Positions 1 through 12,849 of a stretch of DNA of 64,000 nt are shown in pieces. Location of the stretch: NCBI GenBank assembly GCA_038087875.1, contig CM075992.1:6512001-6576000 (forward strand). The letters run 5' to 3'. The stretch comes from Malacoraja senta (taxonomy: Eukaryota). Made by a program: the position numbers and the translations under genes. Under the pieces are notes generated by a model that was given only the letters and a program-made list of their open reading frames with translations, did no database searches and was not told where the DNA came from. Each line of letters begins with the position of its first letter. Position 1 is the stretch's first letter.

Positions 1-122
1 TGGCTTTGGTAAAATTGTAAATTGGCCCTAGTATGTGAAGCATAGGTTTAGTGTACGGGGTCGCTGGTCGGCACGGACACGATGGGCTGAAGGGCCTGTT
101 TCCGTGCTGTATCCCTACAAAA
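1..122 (+). mobile_element. 3' part of HE1-type V-SINE
   Basis: ...ggatcgctggtcggcacggac...gggcctgtttccgtgctgtatc-type tail shared with the other SINE copies. Confidence 0.8.
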
Positions 123-744
123 CATGATTCAAATGCTAGGATTTGACGTTGCCACCTTATTGGCACTTGTACCTAGGCAGTTACACAAAGTACACAAGAG
201 TCGCCACAATACACCAAAGTTACAAGACATTCTCATCCTTTCTTCGATTTGCATGCAATCCAGGCTAATCATACCATACACGAGGTTAACAGCTAAGCAG
301 CAAAATAACCAGAGTGCAGAATCTAGTGCAGGTGGAAAAGCAGCAAAATAACCAGAGTGCAGAGAAAGTGCAGGTGGAAAAGAAAATGCAAAGGCCACAA
401 CAAGGTAGGTTGGAAGATCGGGATTTCATTCATAACATGTGAAAGGTCTCTTCAATGGTCCAATAACAGGGGGAGAAATACAGGTAGCTCTTGCTGAATC
501 TGGTGGAATGTGCTTTCAGGAGATGGGAGAAGGGGAAATGGGGAATGTCTGGAGCGTGATATGTCTGGTTCCACAAGGACATGGAACTAGCACTCAATGG
601 TGTCTAATCTGGGTGATATATTCAAATACAGACCAGTTGGATAAGCCAAGAGCACAGGCAATGTTCCAGTTGTGGAAGCCATTCAGCCCATCGAGTCTGT
701 GCAAGCTCCCAGTAGATCAATTCCCTGTCCTATCCCCCTAGCTT

Positions 745-1022
745 TTAGTTTTGTTTAGTTTAGAGATGCAGGCCCTTCGGCCCACCAAGCCCGTGCCGAC
801 CTGCGATCCCCACACATTAACACTATCCTACACACACTAGGGACAATTTTACGTTGATACCAAGCCAATTAATCTATAAACCTGTGGCGTGTGGGAGGGA
901 AGCGAAGATCTCGGGAAAAACCCACGCAGGTCACGGGGAGAAGGTACAGACAGCACCTGTAGTCAGGATCGAACCCGGGACCCTGGTGCTGTAAGGCAGC
1001 AACTCTACCGCTGCGCCACCGT
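745..1022 (-). mobile_element. HE1-type tRNA-derived V-SINE
   Basis: Minus strand has tRNA-like A box (TGGCGCAGCGG) and B box (GGTTCGATCC), central V-SINE-like domain, CR1-like tail and (CTAAA)n end. Confidence 0.85.
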
Positions 1023-1894
1023 ACATTATGAATTATTCTGCTCCCCATAGGCATCCAGATCACCACTGCATAGGGTGCAGAGTACAAAGGGTTTTTTACT
1101 TAACTCACTGCCTGCAGTTTTAAACGCAAGACCCAACACCCAGCATCAAATGGAATAACCCTGTTCCTGCTCTCTGAGGCAGCCATAATCTTGTCCATCT
1201 CCATCCAGTCTCCTCTTCAATCCAAGGAGACAATCCTGGCTTGCCCCGTTTAACCCCTAGGGCTGAAATCCCCTTCATTCCTGGGAACGTTCTTCCAGCT
1301 TTCTCCCCCAGAGTACAATTTAGAGGGATACGGTCAAACGCAGGCAGGTGGGACTAGTATAGATGGAACATGTTGGCCATTGTGGGCAAGCGTGGCCTGT
1401 TTCTACGCTGTTTGACTCTATGAATCAGTTTGAACAATCGCCCCGACTCAAGATGCTGTCTATCCACATCCTCCAGAGATGCTATGTGACCCGCTGAGTT
1501 CCTCCAGCACTTTGTGCCAACTTTCCAGTAAATCTTCCCGAATCCTCCGAGATCTTCGCCACCTCCTCAACCACGGAGACTAGAATTGGACGCAACGTCC
1601 CATTTGCGAGGTGGTAGCTGTTGAGCGACATAGCGTTCAGCTCATCAAGTCCACATCAGCAACCTCGCACCCATTTGCACCAATCATGCACTTCTTCTAT
1701 TTTATCTTCCTGCATCCCTACCAACGCGGCCCAAATTAAATCACTCACCTCTACACTGTGGGCCAAGTTACCTACCAATATATATGTCGTTGAGATGTGC
1801 GAAGAAACTGGAGGAAACACTTGCAGGCACACCGTGAGTTTGCAAACTCCACATAGACAGCAGCGGTCAGGATTGAGACAGTGCCTCTACAGTT

Positions 1895-2650
1895 GAGTTG
1901 AGTTCATTGTCAAGCTTTTTGTTGCGTGCTATTCAGTCAGCGGAAAGACAATACGTGATTACAGACGATCCATTTATAATGTATAGATACATGATAAAGG
2001 AATAACGTTTAGTACAAGGTAAAGCTAGCAAAGTCCAGACAAGGATAGTCCGAGGGTCACCAATGAGGTAGATGGTAGTTCAGCACTGCTCTCTGGTTGT
2101 GGTAGGATGGTTAAGTTTCCTGATCACATCTGGGAAGAAACTGTCCCTGAACCAAGAGGGCAATGGAGGCCAAGTCACTGGATGGATTTAAGAGAGAGTT
2201 AGATAGAGCTCTAGGGGCTAGTGGAGTCAAGGGATATGGGGAGAAGGCAGGCACGGGTTATTGATAGGGGACGATCAGCCATGATCACAATGAATGGCGG
2301 TGCTGGCTCGAAGGGCCGAATGGCCTCCTCCTGCATCAATTTTCTATGTTTCTATGTTTCTAATCTGGAGGTGTGCGTTTTCACACTTCCGTACCTTTTG
2401 CCCGATGAGAGAGGGGATAAGAGGGAGTGGCCAGGTTGCGACTGGTCCTTGATTATGCTGCTGGCCTTGCCGGGGCAGCGTGAGGTGTAAATGGAGTCAA
2501 TGGAAGGGAGGTTGGTTTGCGTGACGGTCTGGGCTGCGTCCACAGTCCGCGGTAATTTCTTGCCGTCTTGGATGGAGCTGTTCCCAAACCGTGCTGTGAT
2601 GCATCCTGGTAAAATGGTGCGCCTGCAGAGAATGCCGAGAGTTGTAGGGC
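1895..2650 (-). mobile_element. Rex1/Babar-type LINE 3' fragment interrupted by a + strand CR1 3' end (~2152-2357)
   Basis: Encodes ...TVDAAQTVTQTNLPSIDSIYTSRCPGKASSIIKDQSQPGH..., the C-terminus repeated in many copies here. CR1 piece ends in (TTCTATGT)n. Confidence 0.75.
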
Positions 2651-3099
2651 TCATGCCGAACTTCAACATGCTACCTAACTTCCATCTTACCTACAGACCT
2701 GGTGTATCTCCCAACTTTTGTCGTTTTAGAGAAGTTCAGCTGCTCTGCTTCACCAACTGATCTCTCAATGTGATCTACCGCTCTGCAGGATTCATGCACA
2801 ATCTTCCCCCCAGCTCCCTCGTTCCTCTGCACCCTAAAGATCTTTGACAAGGGCACCAGCAGTTGTGGACTCCATTGAGGGCCTTCTGACCTCCCCACCA
2901 TCGAAGGGATCGACAGGAGGCACTGCCTTAAAAAGACAGCAAATATCGAAGCAGTGGCCAAGAAAGGACATCATCGCCTCTACAGTTCTTCCTTAGAAGG
3001 CTCAGGAAGTCCTGAACAACTCTTACCAACTTCTACAGATGCGCCGTGGAAGGCATTTTGTCGGGATACATCCCAGCATGGTTTGGGAACAGTGAAATC

Positions 3100-3482
3100 T
3101 CCGTGGATTGTCACCTTGCCGTGGTGGAGAAGCTTGTGTGGTCCTGAGATCCTGAGAGCGATGCCGTTTGGAGCTATGCCCCTGGTAGGGCCACCCATGG
3201 CGGTAAGGTCGAGGGGGAGGTCCCCGACAAAGAGCAATCCAACCAAGACCTCAACGGTGGAACAGGCGGAGGACGATGGCTGACTTTAGTGGAGCGTCAC
3301 AACAGCTGGGAAGGCGGATGAAGGCTGCAGCAGAAAAGGGTCTCCGGTCGTCTTGGACTCCATGCCCACTGGATCCTGACCCAGATCTGTCAAGGACCGT
3401 GGGGTGGCTGTCCGTGCACCAGTCTCCCCACGTTAAACAAGAGGCCAGTCGTACTCGTTTTGAGTGCCCGACGATGATGATC
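3100..3482 (+). mobile_element. Short RTE-derived non-autonomous element, copy 1, inserted in a Rex1/Babar fragment (~2945-3925)
   Basis: Starts ctccgtggattgtcaccttgccgtggtggagaagcttg, resembling RTE/BovB/Expander 5'UTRs; ends in a (GAT)n tail; near-identical copies at 50013 and 56240. Confidence 0.7.
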
Positions 3483-4034
3483 CAAGATGGCAAGAAATTG
3501 CAGAGAATTGTGGACGCAGCCCAGACCATCACACAAACCAACCTCCCTTCCATTGACTCCACTTGTACCTCATGCTGCCTCGGCAAGCCCAGCAGCATAA
3601 TCAAGGACCAGTCGCAACCTGGCCACCCCCCTCTAAGGTGTGTGAAAACGCACACTTCCAGAATCAGGGACAGTTTCTTCCCAGCTGTTATCAGGCAACT
3701 GAACCATCCTATCACCAACTAGAGAGCGGTCCTGAGCCACCATCCACTTCATTGGAGACCCTGAGACTATCTTTAAATCTGACTTTACTGGCACTGAACA
3801 TTGTTCCTGTTTATCCTGTATCTGTACACTGTGGGTGGCTCGATTGTAATCATGCATTGTCCTTCCGCTGACTGGTTAGCACGCAACTAAAGCTTTTCAC
3901 TGTAGCTTGGGACATGTGACAATATACTATCAAGGACCTACTCTATCCAGACATTCGCATCTCGCTGCTACCAGGAGGTCCAGGAGCCACCAAACAGTGA
4001 CCAGCGGGTTCACGAGCAGCTTCTTCCCAGCAAC

Positions 4035-4398
4035 TTTCCTGAGGGATTGGACAGGCTAGGTGCAGGAAAAATGTTCCCGCTGTTGGGGGAGTCCAGAACC
4101 AGGGGTCACAGTTTAGGAATAAGGGGTAAGGCCATTTAGCACTGAGATGAGGACTAACGTTTTCACCCAGAGAGTTGTGAATCTGTGGAATTCTCTGCCA
4201 CAGAAGGCAGTGGAGGCCAATTCACTGGATGTATTCAAGAGAGAGTTAGATATAGCTCTAAGGGCTAACGGAATCAAGGGATATGGGGAGAAAGCAGGAA
4301 CGGGGTACTGATTGGGGTATCAGCCATGATCATATTGAATGGCGGTGCTGGCTCGATGGGCCAAATGGCCTACTCCTGCACCTATGTTCTATGTTTCG
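4035..4398 (+). mobile_element. CR1 (HER1-like) LINE 3' fragment
   Basis: [22 protein letters not shown]...RVVNLWNSLP coding remnant plus conserved 3'UTR. Confidence 0.85.
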
Positions 4399-5227
4399 CT
4401 GCAACCATCAGGCATTTGAACATTGACCTCAGCAACGGGGATCTTTTACGGATTGTGTCTTTGTTTGCATTATGCACTTCAGTTATCTAGCATTAGAGTT
4501 ATTCATTAATTGTCATTTTGATTATGATATATTATGTGTGTGATGGGTCAGACCGCAGCAACTAGGAATTCCACTGTTCCATTATTGGTACAATTTAACA
4601 AATCTTGGCTCTCTTAACTCTTGACGTCCATAGAGTCACACAGCACGGAAACAGGCCCATTGGCCCAACTTGCCCACCCTGACCAAAGTCTATGCTAATC
4701 CCACCTGCCCGCGTTTAGCCCACATCCCTCTGAACATTTCCCATCCATGTACCTGTCTAAATGTCCTTTAAATGTTGTATGAAGGAACTGCAGATGCTGG
4801 TTTAAACCGCAGATAGACACAAAAAGCTGGAATAACTCAGCTGGGGCAGGCAGCATCTCTGGACAGAAGGAATGGGTGTCGTTTCGGGTCAAGACTGAAA
4901 CGTCACCCAGTCCTTCTCTCCAGAGATGCTGTTTGTCCCACTGAGTTATCCAGCATTTTGTGTCTAACTTTTAATTGTTGTTCTAGTACCAGCCTCAACG
5001 ACCTCCTCTGGCAGCTTGTTCCATGAATTACCCACCAGCGTGAAAAAAGTTGCCCCTCAGGTTCCTATTAAATCTTTATCCTGTGCAAGACTGCGCAATT
5101 ATAAATATCCATTCCCCCCATATTATACACCTCGATAAGATCATACCTCATTCTTCTGCGGTCTAAGGAATAAAGTGCTAGCCTGCCCAACCTCTCCTAT
5201 AGCTCAGGCCCTCGAGTCCTGGCAATG

Positions 5228-5795
5228 CGGTGGCACGGTGGCGCAGCGGTAGAGTTGCTGCCTTAAGGGCCTGTCCCACTTGGCCGTCATTTGCGCGTCA
5301 CGCAGATGGAGTGCAAAGATTTTGGACATCACAAAATCCTGAGACGCCGCGCGCGCCGCGCGTCACTGCCTATGTCATCCCGCACACCATGCACGTGTAA
5401 TGCGCACCATGCGTGCATCACTTGCGTGTCACGTCGCGCGCATCATGCGGCGTGACGCGTAAATGATGTCGCGTAAATTACGCGCAAATGACGACCAAGT
5501 GGGACAGGCCCTTTACAGCACTTGCAATGCCGGGGACTCAGGTTCGATCCAGACTACGGGTGCTGTCTATACGGAGTTTGTACGTTCTCCCCGTGACCCG
5601 CGCGGGTTTTCCTCCGAGATCTTCGGTTTCCTCCCACATTCCAAAGACGTGCAGGTTTATAGGTTAATTGGCTTGGTAAAAGTAAAAAATCATCCCTAGT
5701 GTGTGTGGGATATTGCGAGTGTACGGGGATCGCTGGTTGGTGCGAACTCGGTGGGCCGAAGGGCCTGTTTCCATGCTGTATCCCTAAACTAAACT
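5228..5795 (+). mobile_element. HE1-type V-SINE hosting a MITE
   Basis: Full SINE is restored when 5266-5515 is removed (gctgccTTAcagc). Confidence 0.85.
5266..5512. mobile_element. PIF/Harbinger-like MITE
   Basis: TIR AGGGCCTGTCCCACTTGG ... CCAAGTGGGACAGGCCCT, TTA target duplication (5263-5265, 5513-5515), CGCG-rich interior. Confidence 0.88.
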
Positions 5796-7119
5796 CAACA
5801 TTTTTGTAAATCTTCTCTGCACCCTTTCCAGCTTGACAACATCTTACCTATAAGCAGGGTAACTAAAACTGAACACAATGGTCCAAATGTGTCCTCACCA
5901 ACGTCTTGTACTTTTGTATATCCGGCTGAACACGAGAAGGGGTGGTGTCAATGTGTTCAAACTCAGGAGCTTGTTCCAATCCGAGCCGGTGGCTGGCTAG
6001 CGCATTGGAACATGGCCTGAAGCACTGGGTGGAAAAACTCCCAATTATGGGGGAATATGCCATCTTCTGGTTGAATCATTGCCCCCGACTGCCTTCTCAT
6101 AACAAACGCAATTCCTTGGAGAACGTGGATAGGTCATGTTGACACACAATGCCCGTGTAACTCAGTGGGAAAGGCAACACCTTCGCAGAGATGGAATGGT
6201 CACAAGGTCATAAGGAATAGGAATAGAATTAGGCCATTCGGCCCATCCAGTCCACTCTGCCATTCAATCATGGTTGCTCTATCTCTCCCTCCTCACCCCA
6301 TTCCCCTGCCTTCTCCCATAACCCCTGACACCCGTACTAATCAAGAATCTAACGACCTCTGCCTTAAAAATATCCACTGACATGGCAGTCTCTTGTTTTT
6401 ACCAATACGACATCTTGCCACTTTCCAAGACCAGGGAGATTTTCACAGTTTCTTGATCAATCCTCATCCTCAACTGATGTCAAGAACTCAATTGAAGGAA
6501 TGAAGAGAGACGCAAGGTGCTGCAGTAACTCAGCGGGTCAGACAACATGGATAGGTGACATTTTGGACCAAAGTATTGACCAAGTTCCCATGATTTTGGG
6601 ATGTTGCTTTGTCCCGATGAGTTGCTCCTGCTTTTTGGGTCTATCTTCTTGTGTTCCAAAGTGACTTGCACACCAATGTTCCCAGCGCATTTACTGAAAC
6701 ACCTGAACGAACTCGCATTTAAAACATTTATTGCTCAATTCATGAATAATAGAGAAATGTGTGTTTTCCCGTGCATTTTAACGTGACATTGTGCAAGGTA
6801 CTTGGCGCGGGTCCAGATCTGACGAGCAGGTCCTAAAGATATTGCAATGTCAGCGAACAGATTCCAACCCGTGTTCAGACTTGTCCGTGCATCATGCGTG
6901 TTCTTGAGTCTTGGCACGAGCACAGAGGTTGGAGGCTCATGCAACATACAAGATGGAGTGCTTGCCCCAGGCTGGATTAGCTGTGCTGGTGGCGACTGGA
7001 TTAGCTTACTGGCGGTGGGAGATGTGTTTGGAGTAATCTTGGGCAACAGATGTCTTCCTATGGACTTGATCCCAGCTGGATAGGGTCTGTTTACTTGATC
7101 ATCGTTATGTTGTTGCATA

Positions 7120-7410
7120 TTAGTTTAGTTTAGAGATACAGCACGGAAACAGGCCGTTCGGCCCACCGACCAGTGATCCCCGCACATTAACACCACCCTA
7201 CACACACTAGGGACAATTACACATATACCAAGCCAATTAACCTACAAACCTGCACGTCTTTGGAGTGTGGGAGGAAACCGAAGATCTCGGGAAAACCCAC
7301 GCGGTCAGGGAGAACGTACAGACAGCACCCGTAGTCGGGATCGAACCCGGGTCTCCGGCACTGCACGCGCTGAGAGGCAACTACTCTACCGTTGCGCCAC
7401 CGTGGCCACC
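7120..7410 (-). mobile_element. HE1-type V-SINE
   Basis: Same A/B boxes, body and tail as the other copies. Confidence 0.85.
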
Positions 7411-7414
7411 CAAT

Positions 7415-7570
7415 GCTTCATTCCTTTGTTCTACATCTGTCTATATCTCCAGTTTCCCTTTCCCCCGAATCTCAGCCTGAAGAAGGGTCTCGACCCGAAA
7501 CGTCACCCATTCCTTTTCTCCAGAGATGATGCCTGGCCCGCTAAGTTACTCCAGCTTCTGCATCTATCTA
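7415..7570 (+). mobile_element. Penelope-derived terminal-repeat fragment with minimal hammerhead core (7477-7504)
   Basis: CTGAAGA-AGGGTCTCGACCC-GAAA-CGTC; the same sequence follows the GIY-YIG ORF remnant at 16509. Confidence 0.75.
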
Positions 7571-8779
7571 GGGACGGACTCAACTGGCCTTAGTGATTAC
7601 AGCCCTCCATCACGGACATGGAAGGAGATATACCTATTAGGTTAGGAACAGATACATGGATAGGAAAGGTTTAGAGGGAAGATAGACACAAAGTGCTGGA
7701 GTAACTCAGTGGGTCAGGCTGCATCTCTGGAGAAACAGGATGGGTGACGTTTCGGGTCGGGACCCCACCTCAGACTTATGGACCCCACCTCAGACATATG
7801 GACCCCACCTCAGACTTGAAGAACCTGATGGTTGTAGGAAAGGAGGTGTTTCTGAACCTGGTGGTGTGGGACTTCAGGCTTCTCTATGTTCCACCTCAAA
7901 CAGTTTGTGTCACATGGTCTGGGACAGTGGGTGGAGGAGTGATCTGACTGAAAGTAGAGGGAGGGGAACTGGAGGTAAGAAGAGGCCAGAACAAAGCATT
8001 GCCGGCAACAGATGACCAAGGAAGGGTGGAGCTCATTATGGCCCATTGTTGGCTGGAGAAGAGGTGATAACGAAAGGGATTCCCTCCAAACCTCTGAAAG
8101 GACAGGTTTGGAGGGATATGGACCAAGTGCAGGCAGGTGGGACTAGTGTAGCTAGGACATGTTGGGCAAGTTGGGCCAAAGGCCTGTTTCCACACTGTAA
8201 CACTCTCTGACGCTAAATGTACAAACCAGCATCTATAGTTCTTGGTTCTTGGTTTCCTGGTCCTCCAAAATATTCCAAATGGAATTTAAACTGGAGTTCC
8301 TTTCCAGGTTAAGAGGGACATGGGCCAAACGTAGGCAGGTGGGACTAGTGTAGATGGGCAAGGTGGGCTGAAATGCCCGATTCCACGTTGTATCTCTAAA
8401 AGTAAACAAGAACATCTCCAAAGTTTTTCACTTGACCTCGGCACACATGGCAATAAACTAAAGTCATTCTTCTAAACTCACAAGAGTGTAGGCCCAATCT
8501 GCTTCTGCTTAATTTCTCCTCATGTAAACCGGAAGGCTGAAGCATCTGTTATTTCAATGAGATCACGTGGAAACCAAAAACTAGATGCAGATCAAAGTCT
8601 AAAGATCACGACGGCCCCACAGAACACAATGTTGAATCTACAAGGCTTGGCTCTAAGCAATCTTTTAATTGGTGTTCCTGCCAGAAGACTGGAAAGACTA
8701 GTCTTTCTGCCCTATTAATCACGATTCGTTGACCAAGTTTCTGCCCTAACCTCCCCCTTGCTTGGGTTGACATAGTGTA

Positions 8780-9230
8780 GTGCCTTGCAACGCTAGGCCA
8801 TCAATGGTATTCCCTCCTTATATGGTAGTAGGCCCCCCTCGGTCGGATGCAAGCCTGGGCGATCGATGTCATATGGAGACAGGCTGTTGCCCATGCAGCA
8901 CGTCCCCCCTCTCCACGTCGCTGATCGATCCAAAGGAACAGCAGGGCCGTTACAGTTTGGCACCAGCGCCGTCACAGGAGCTGCCAGAGCGAGGTTGTAG
9001 ACAACGACGAACTGCTTAGGGCTCCGACTCTGGATTTTCTTGAGGTTTACTCCAGGAGCCTTTTCCATGACTGGATATGGCCACAAGGCAGTGGAGGTTT
9101 TAAATCAGGGTTTTCCCTCTCCTAGATGGACCGCCTTCTCTGCCCGAGACTCGTGGGGGTGGGAGCGTCTACCTTCCCGTGCAGGTCTACAGCACCTGCC
9201 CACTGCTCATTATATCCGCACATCCCTCCT
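8780..9230 (-). mobile_element. Probable RTE-type 5'UTR-derived element (second family)
   Basis: Minus strand reads ccatctaggagagggaaaaccctgatttaaaacctccactgccttgtggcc, resembling RTE 5'UTRs (recollection); single copy in window. Confidence 0.45.
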
Positions 9231-9257
9231 TATATAGGATAAAGAATATACGTAGAA

Positions 9258-9767
9258 GCGTATACAGTGCAGCGTAGGTTCACGAGATTGATCCCTGGGA
9301 TGGTGGGACTGTCATATGAGGAAAGATTGAAAAGACTAGGCTTGTATTCACTGGAGTTTAGAAGGATGATGGGGGAATCTTATAGAAACATATAAAATTA
9401 TTAAAAGGACTGGACAAGCTAGATGCAGAAAAAATTTCCCAATGTTGGGCGAGTCCAGAACCAGGGGCTACACTTAGAATAAAGGGGAAGTCATTTAAGA
9501 CTGAGAGTTGTGTATTTGTGGAATTCACCCAGAGAGTTGTGAATTTGTGTAATTCCCTGCCACAGAGGGCAGTGGAGGCCAAATCACTGGATAGATTTAA
9601 GAGAGAGTTAGATAGAGCTCTAGGGGCTAGTGGAATCAAGGGATATGGGGAGAAGGCAGGCACGGGTTATTGATTGGGGACGATCAGTCATGATCACAAT
9701 GAATGGTGATGCTGGCTCGAAGGGCCGAATGGCCTCCTCCTGCACCAATGTTTCTATGTTTCTATGT
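9258..9767 (+). mobile_element. CR1 LINE 3' fragment
   Basis: [12 protein letters not shown]...[18 protein letters not shown] remnant and 3'UTR with (TTCTATGT)n. Confidence 0.88.
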
Positions 9768-10911
9768 AACAGCACAGGAACAGGCCCTTCAGCCCACAAT
9801 GTCTGTGCTGAACATGATGCCAAGTTCCCTTCACTCTGAGGAAGGGCCTCGACCCGAAACATCGCCTATTTCCTTCGCTCCACAGATGCTGCCTCACCCG
9901 CTGAGTTTCTCCAGCATTTTTGTCTACCCTAGTTAAACTGATCTCATCTGCCTGCACGCAGCATTCCTCCATCCACAGTCCCAGGACATTTGGCACACTG
10001 CTGCTTGATGTGGAACGTACAGAAGCCTGAAGTCCCGCGTCACCAGGGTTCAGGTAACCGCTGAGTCACTCCGGCATTTAGTGTCTATCTTCGGTTTAAA
10101 CTAGCATCTGCAGTTCCTTCCCACACACGAGATATGTTGTTGCTGCGTGCGTTTGCCCGAGAGAGACTGTGATGCTGCTGCAAGCAAGATTTTTATTGTA
10201 CCTGCACCTCACCCTGCTTGTGCAGATGACAATAAACTTGACTCGACTTGACTTCTCGCCGTGTTGTGGGAAAACAGGATAGACAATTTACAAGCGTCTG
10301 CAAGCCGCGAGGAGAAATTGTCCGGGCAAACTGCATTTTTAAATGAGTGAGTTCGTGAGAAGAGGCAGGGTGTTCCTCGACTTGCAATGACCCAGACAGA
10401 CGCCAAGACAGTCAGCGCCTGAACGTCAAGTACTTCTGCATCTCTGCTGGAGAGACGGGTATTTTAGGCAGCATTCCTCAGTCACGTGTTAAACTGTGAC
10501 GTTAGTTCAGGGATGGGTATTAATTCTAGGTCACACAGAACAATGTGCAATCCAAACTAGACTATACTGTAAACGACTCGATTGTAATCATGTGTTGTCT
10601 TTCCATTGACTAGATAGCACGCAACTAAAGCTTTTTCACTTTACCTCGGTACACGTGACAATAAACTCAACTTTCTCTCCAACACAACCATCCTATCACC
10701 AAAGTAGACATGGTTGAAAGCTTCAAGTACCTGTGAGTAAATATCACCATCACCTTGTCCTGGACCAGCCATGTCGAAGCAATGGCCAAGAAAGGACACC
10801 AACGCCTCTGCTTCCTTGGAAGGCTCAGAAAGTTCAACATGTACCCAACAACTCTCACCAACTTCTACAGATGCGCCGTGGAAAGTGTTTTGATTGGATG
10901 CACCGCTCAAA

Positions 10912-11540
10912 CATAGATACATAGATACATAGAAAATAGGTGCAGGAGTAGGCCATTCGGCCCTTCGAGCCTGCACCGCCATTCAATATGATCATGGCTG
11001 ATCATCCAACTCAGTATCCCGTACCTGCCTTCTCTCCTACCCCCTGATCCCTTTAGCCACAAGGGCCACATCTAACTCCCTCTTAAATATAGCCAATGAA
11101 CTGGCCTCAACTACCCTCTGTGGCAGAGAGTTCCAGAGATTCACCACTCTCTGTGTGAAAAAGTTTTTCCTCATCTCGGTCTTAAAGGATTTCCCCCTTA
11201 TCCTTAAGCTGTGACCCCTTGTCCTGGACTTCCCCAACATCGGGAACAATCTTCCTGCATCTAGCCTGTCCAACCCCCATAAGAATTTTGTACGTTTCTA
11301 TAAGATCCCCTCTCAATCTCCTAAATTCTAGTGAGTATAAGCCAAGTCTATCCAGTCTTTCTTCATATGAAAGTCCTGACATCCCAGGAATCAGTCTGGT
11401 GAACCTTCTCTGCACTCCCTCTATGGCTATAATGTCCTTCCTCAGATTTGGAGACCAAAACTGTACGCAATACTCCAGGTGTGGTCTCACCAAGACCCTG
11501 TACAACTGCAGTAGAACCTCCCTGCTCCTATACTCAAATC
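10912..11540 (-). mobile_element. Young CR1 LINE 3' fragment inserted in a + strand Rex1/Babar fragment
   Basis: ORFs 11182-11505 and 11037-11273 ([15 protein letters not shown]...RVVNLWNSLP); nearly identical to 37463-37978. Confidence 0.92.
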
Positions 11541-11850
11541 ATTTTGGGAACAGCGTTTGGGAACAGCTCTATCCAAGACCACGAGAAAGTGCAGAGAATT
11601 GTGGACACAGCCCAGACCATCACGCAAAGCAACCTCCCTTTTCCATTGACTCCATTTACACCTCACTCTGCCTTGGCAAGGCCAGCAGCATAATCAAGGA
11701 CCAGTCGCTCCCTCCTCTCCCATCTGGCAAGTGGTACAGAAGTGTGAAAACGCACACCTCCAGATTCAGGGACAGTTTCTTCCCAACTGTTATCAGGCAA
11801 CTGAACCATCCTATCGCCAACTAGACAGCTTTCTGAGCTGCCATCTACCT

Positions 11851-12251
11851 CGGCCTGTCGCACTTTCACGAGTTATTCACGAATTCTCCCGAGTTTTCCC
11901 CTTGATTCAAACTCGCAGAATGTTCGTAACGAGTCCGTAGGAGTTGGTAGATGCACCGTAGCGGCTCGTTCTGCCAGCCGTAGGTACTCGGGGCATCAGG
12001 TAAGTCGGGACGTTTTTTCCAGCCCGATAAAAAATGTCCACGAGTAAAAAAAATGGTCGGGATGAAAGAAATTGCCACTTTTTACTCGTAAGGAGGGCAT
12101 CGAAATAGTCGTGGGAATTCGTAGACATACTCGCAGGAGTTCGTGAACATAGTCGTGGAAGTTCGTAGATTACCACGATCTTGATTTTTTCTTTAGGTCT
12201 TTAAACTCGGCAGAGGTTTTGAATTAAGTCCGTGCAAGTGGGACCGGCCCT
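11851..12251. mobile_element. PIF/Harbinger-like MITE, left end degraded
   Basis: cggcctgtcgcactttcacg ... gcaagtgggaccggccct-tta; shares aaaaatgtccacgagtaaaaaa with the 43683 and 55055 copies. Confidence 0.75.
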
Positions 12252-12849
12252 TTAGGGGATATGGGGAGGATGCAGGAACGGAGTATTGATTGGGGATGAT
12301 CAGCCATGATCACATTGAATGACAGTGCTGGCTCGAAGGGCCGAATGGCCTACTCCTGCACCTATTGTCTATTGTCATCGGACTATCTTTAATCGGACTT
12401 GATCTTACACTAAACGTCATTCCCTTTATCCTGTATCTGTACACAGTGTGTGGCTGGATTGTGATCACGTATTGTCTTTCCGCTGACTGGATAGCGTGCA
12501 ACAAAATGTTCTTCAGTGTATCCCAGTACACGTGACAATAAAGTTAACCGTGCTAAAAGAAAGAGGCAGCTACTCGTTGCCTCGTCTCCTCTCCTCCCAC
12601 TAAGTAGCACTCCCTCTCTACCGACTGGCATGCCAACATCATGACTCATAATAGCAACCACAGTTCACCGAATAGGAATTAAGTGTGTTGACTTTAAAGT
12701 TAAATTAGACAGCTCCAGCTAGCTTTTTTTTTAAATTTCAAAATAGACTTTATTCAAGTAATAAATATATACAATACGTGAACCGTGCGAAACATTCATC
12801 CGACATTTTCGGAGGCTATACAAATTGTTCAATGCAGTTAATACATTTT

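Noticed and set aside
5228..5560. tRNA-like A and B boxes (also in other SINE heads)
   Set aside because: They are SINE heads followed by SINE body and LINE-like tail, not tRNA genes.
12690..12730. snRNA/tRNA target site for the Tx1 element
   Set aside because: No recognisable U snRNA, tRNA or 5S sequence and no TSD at either flank.
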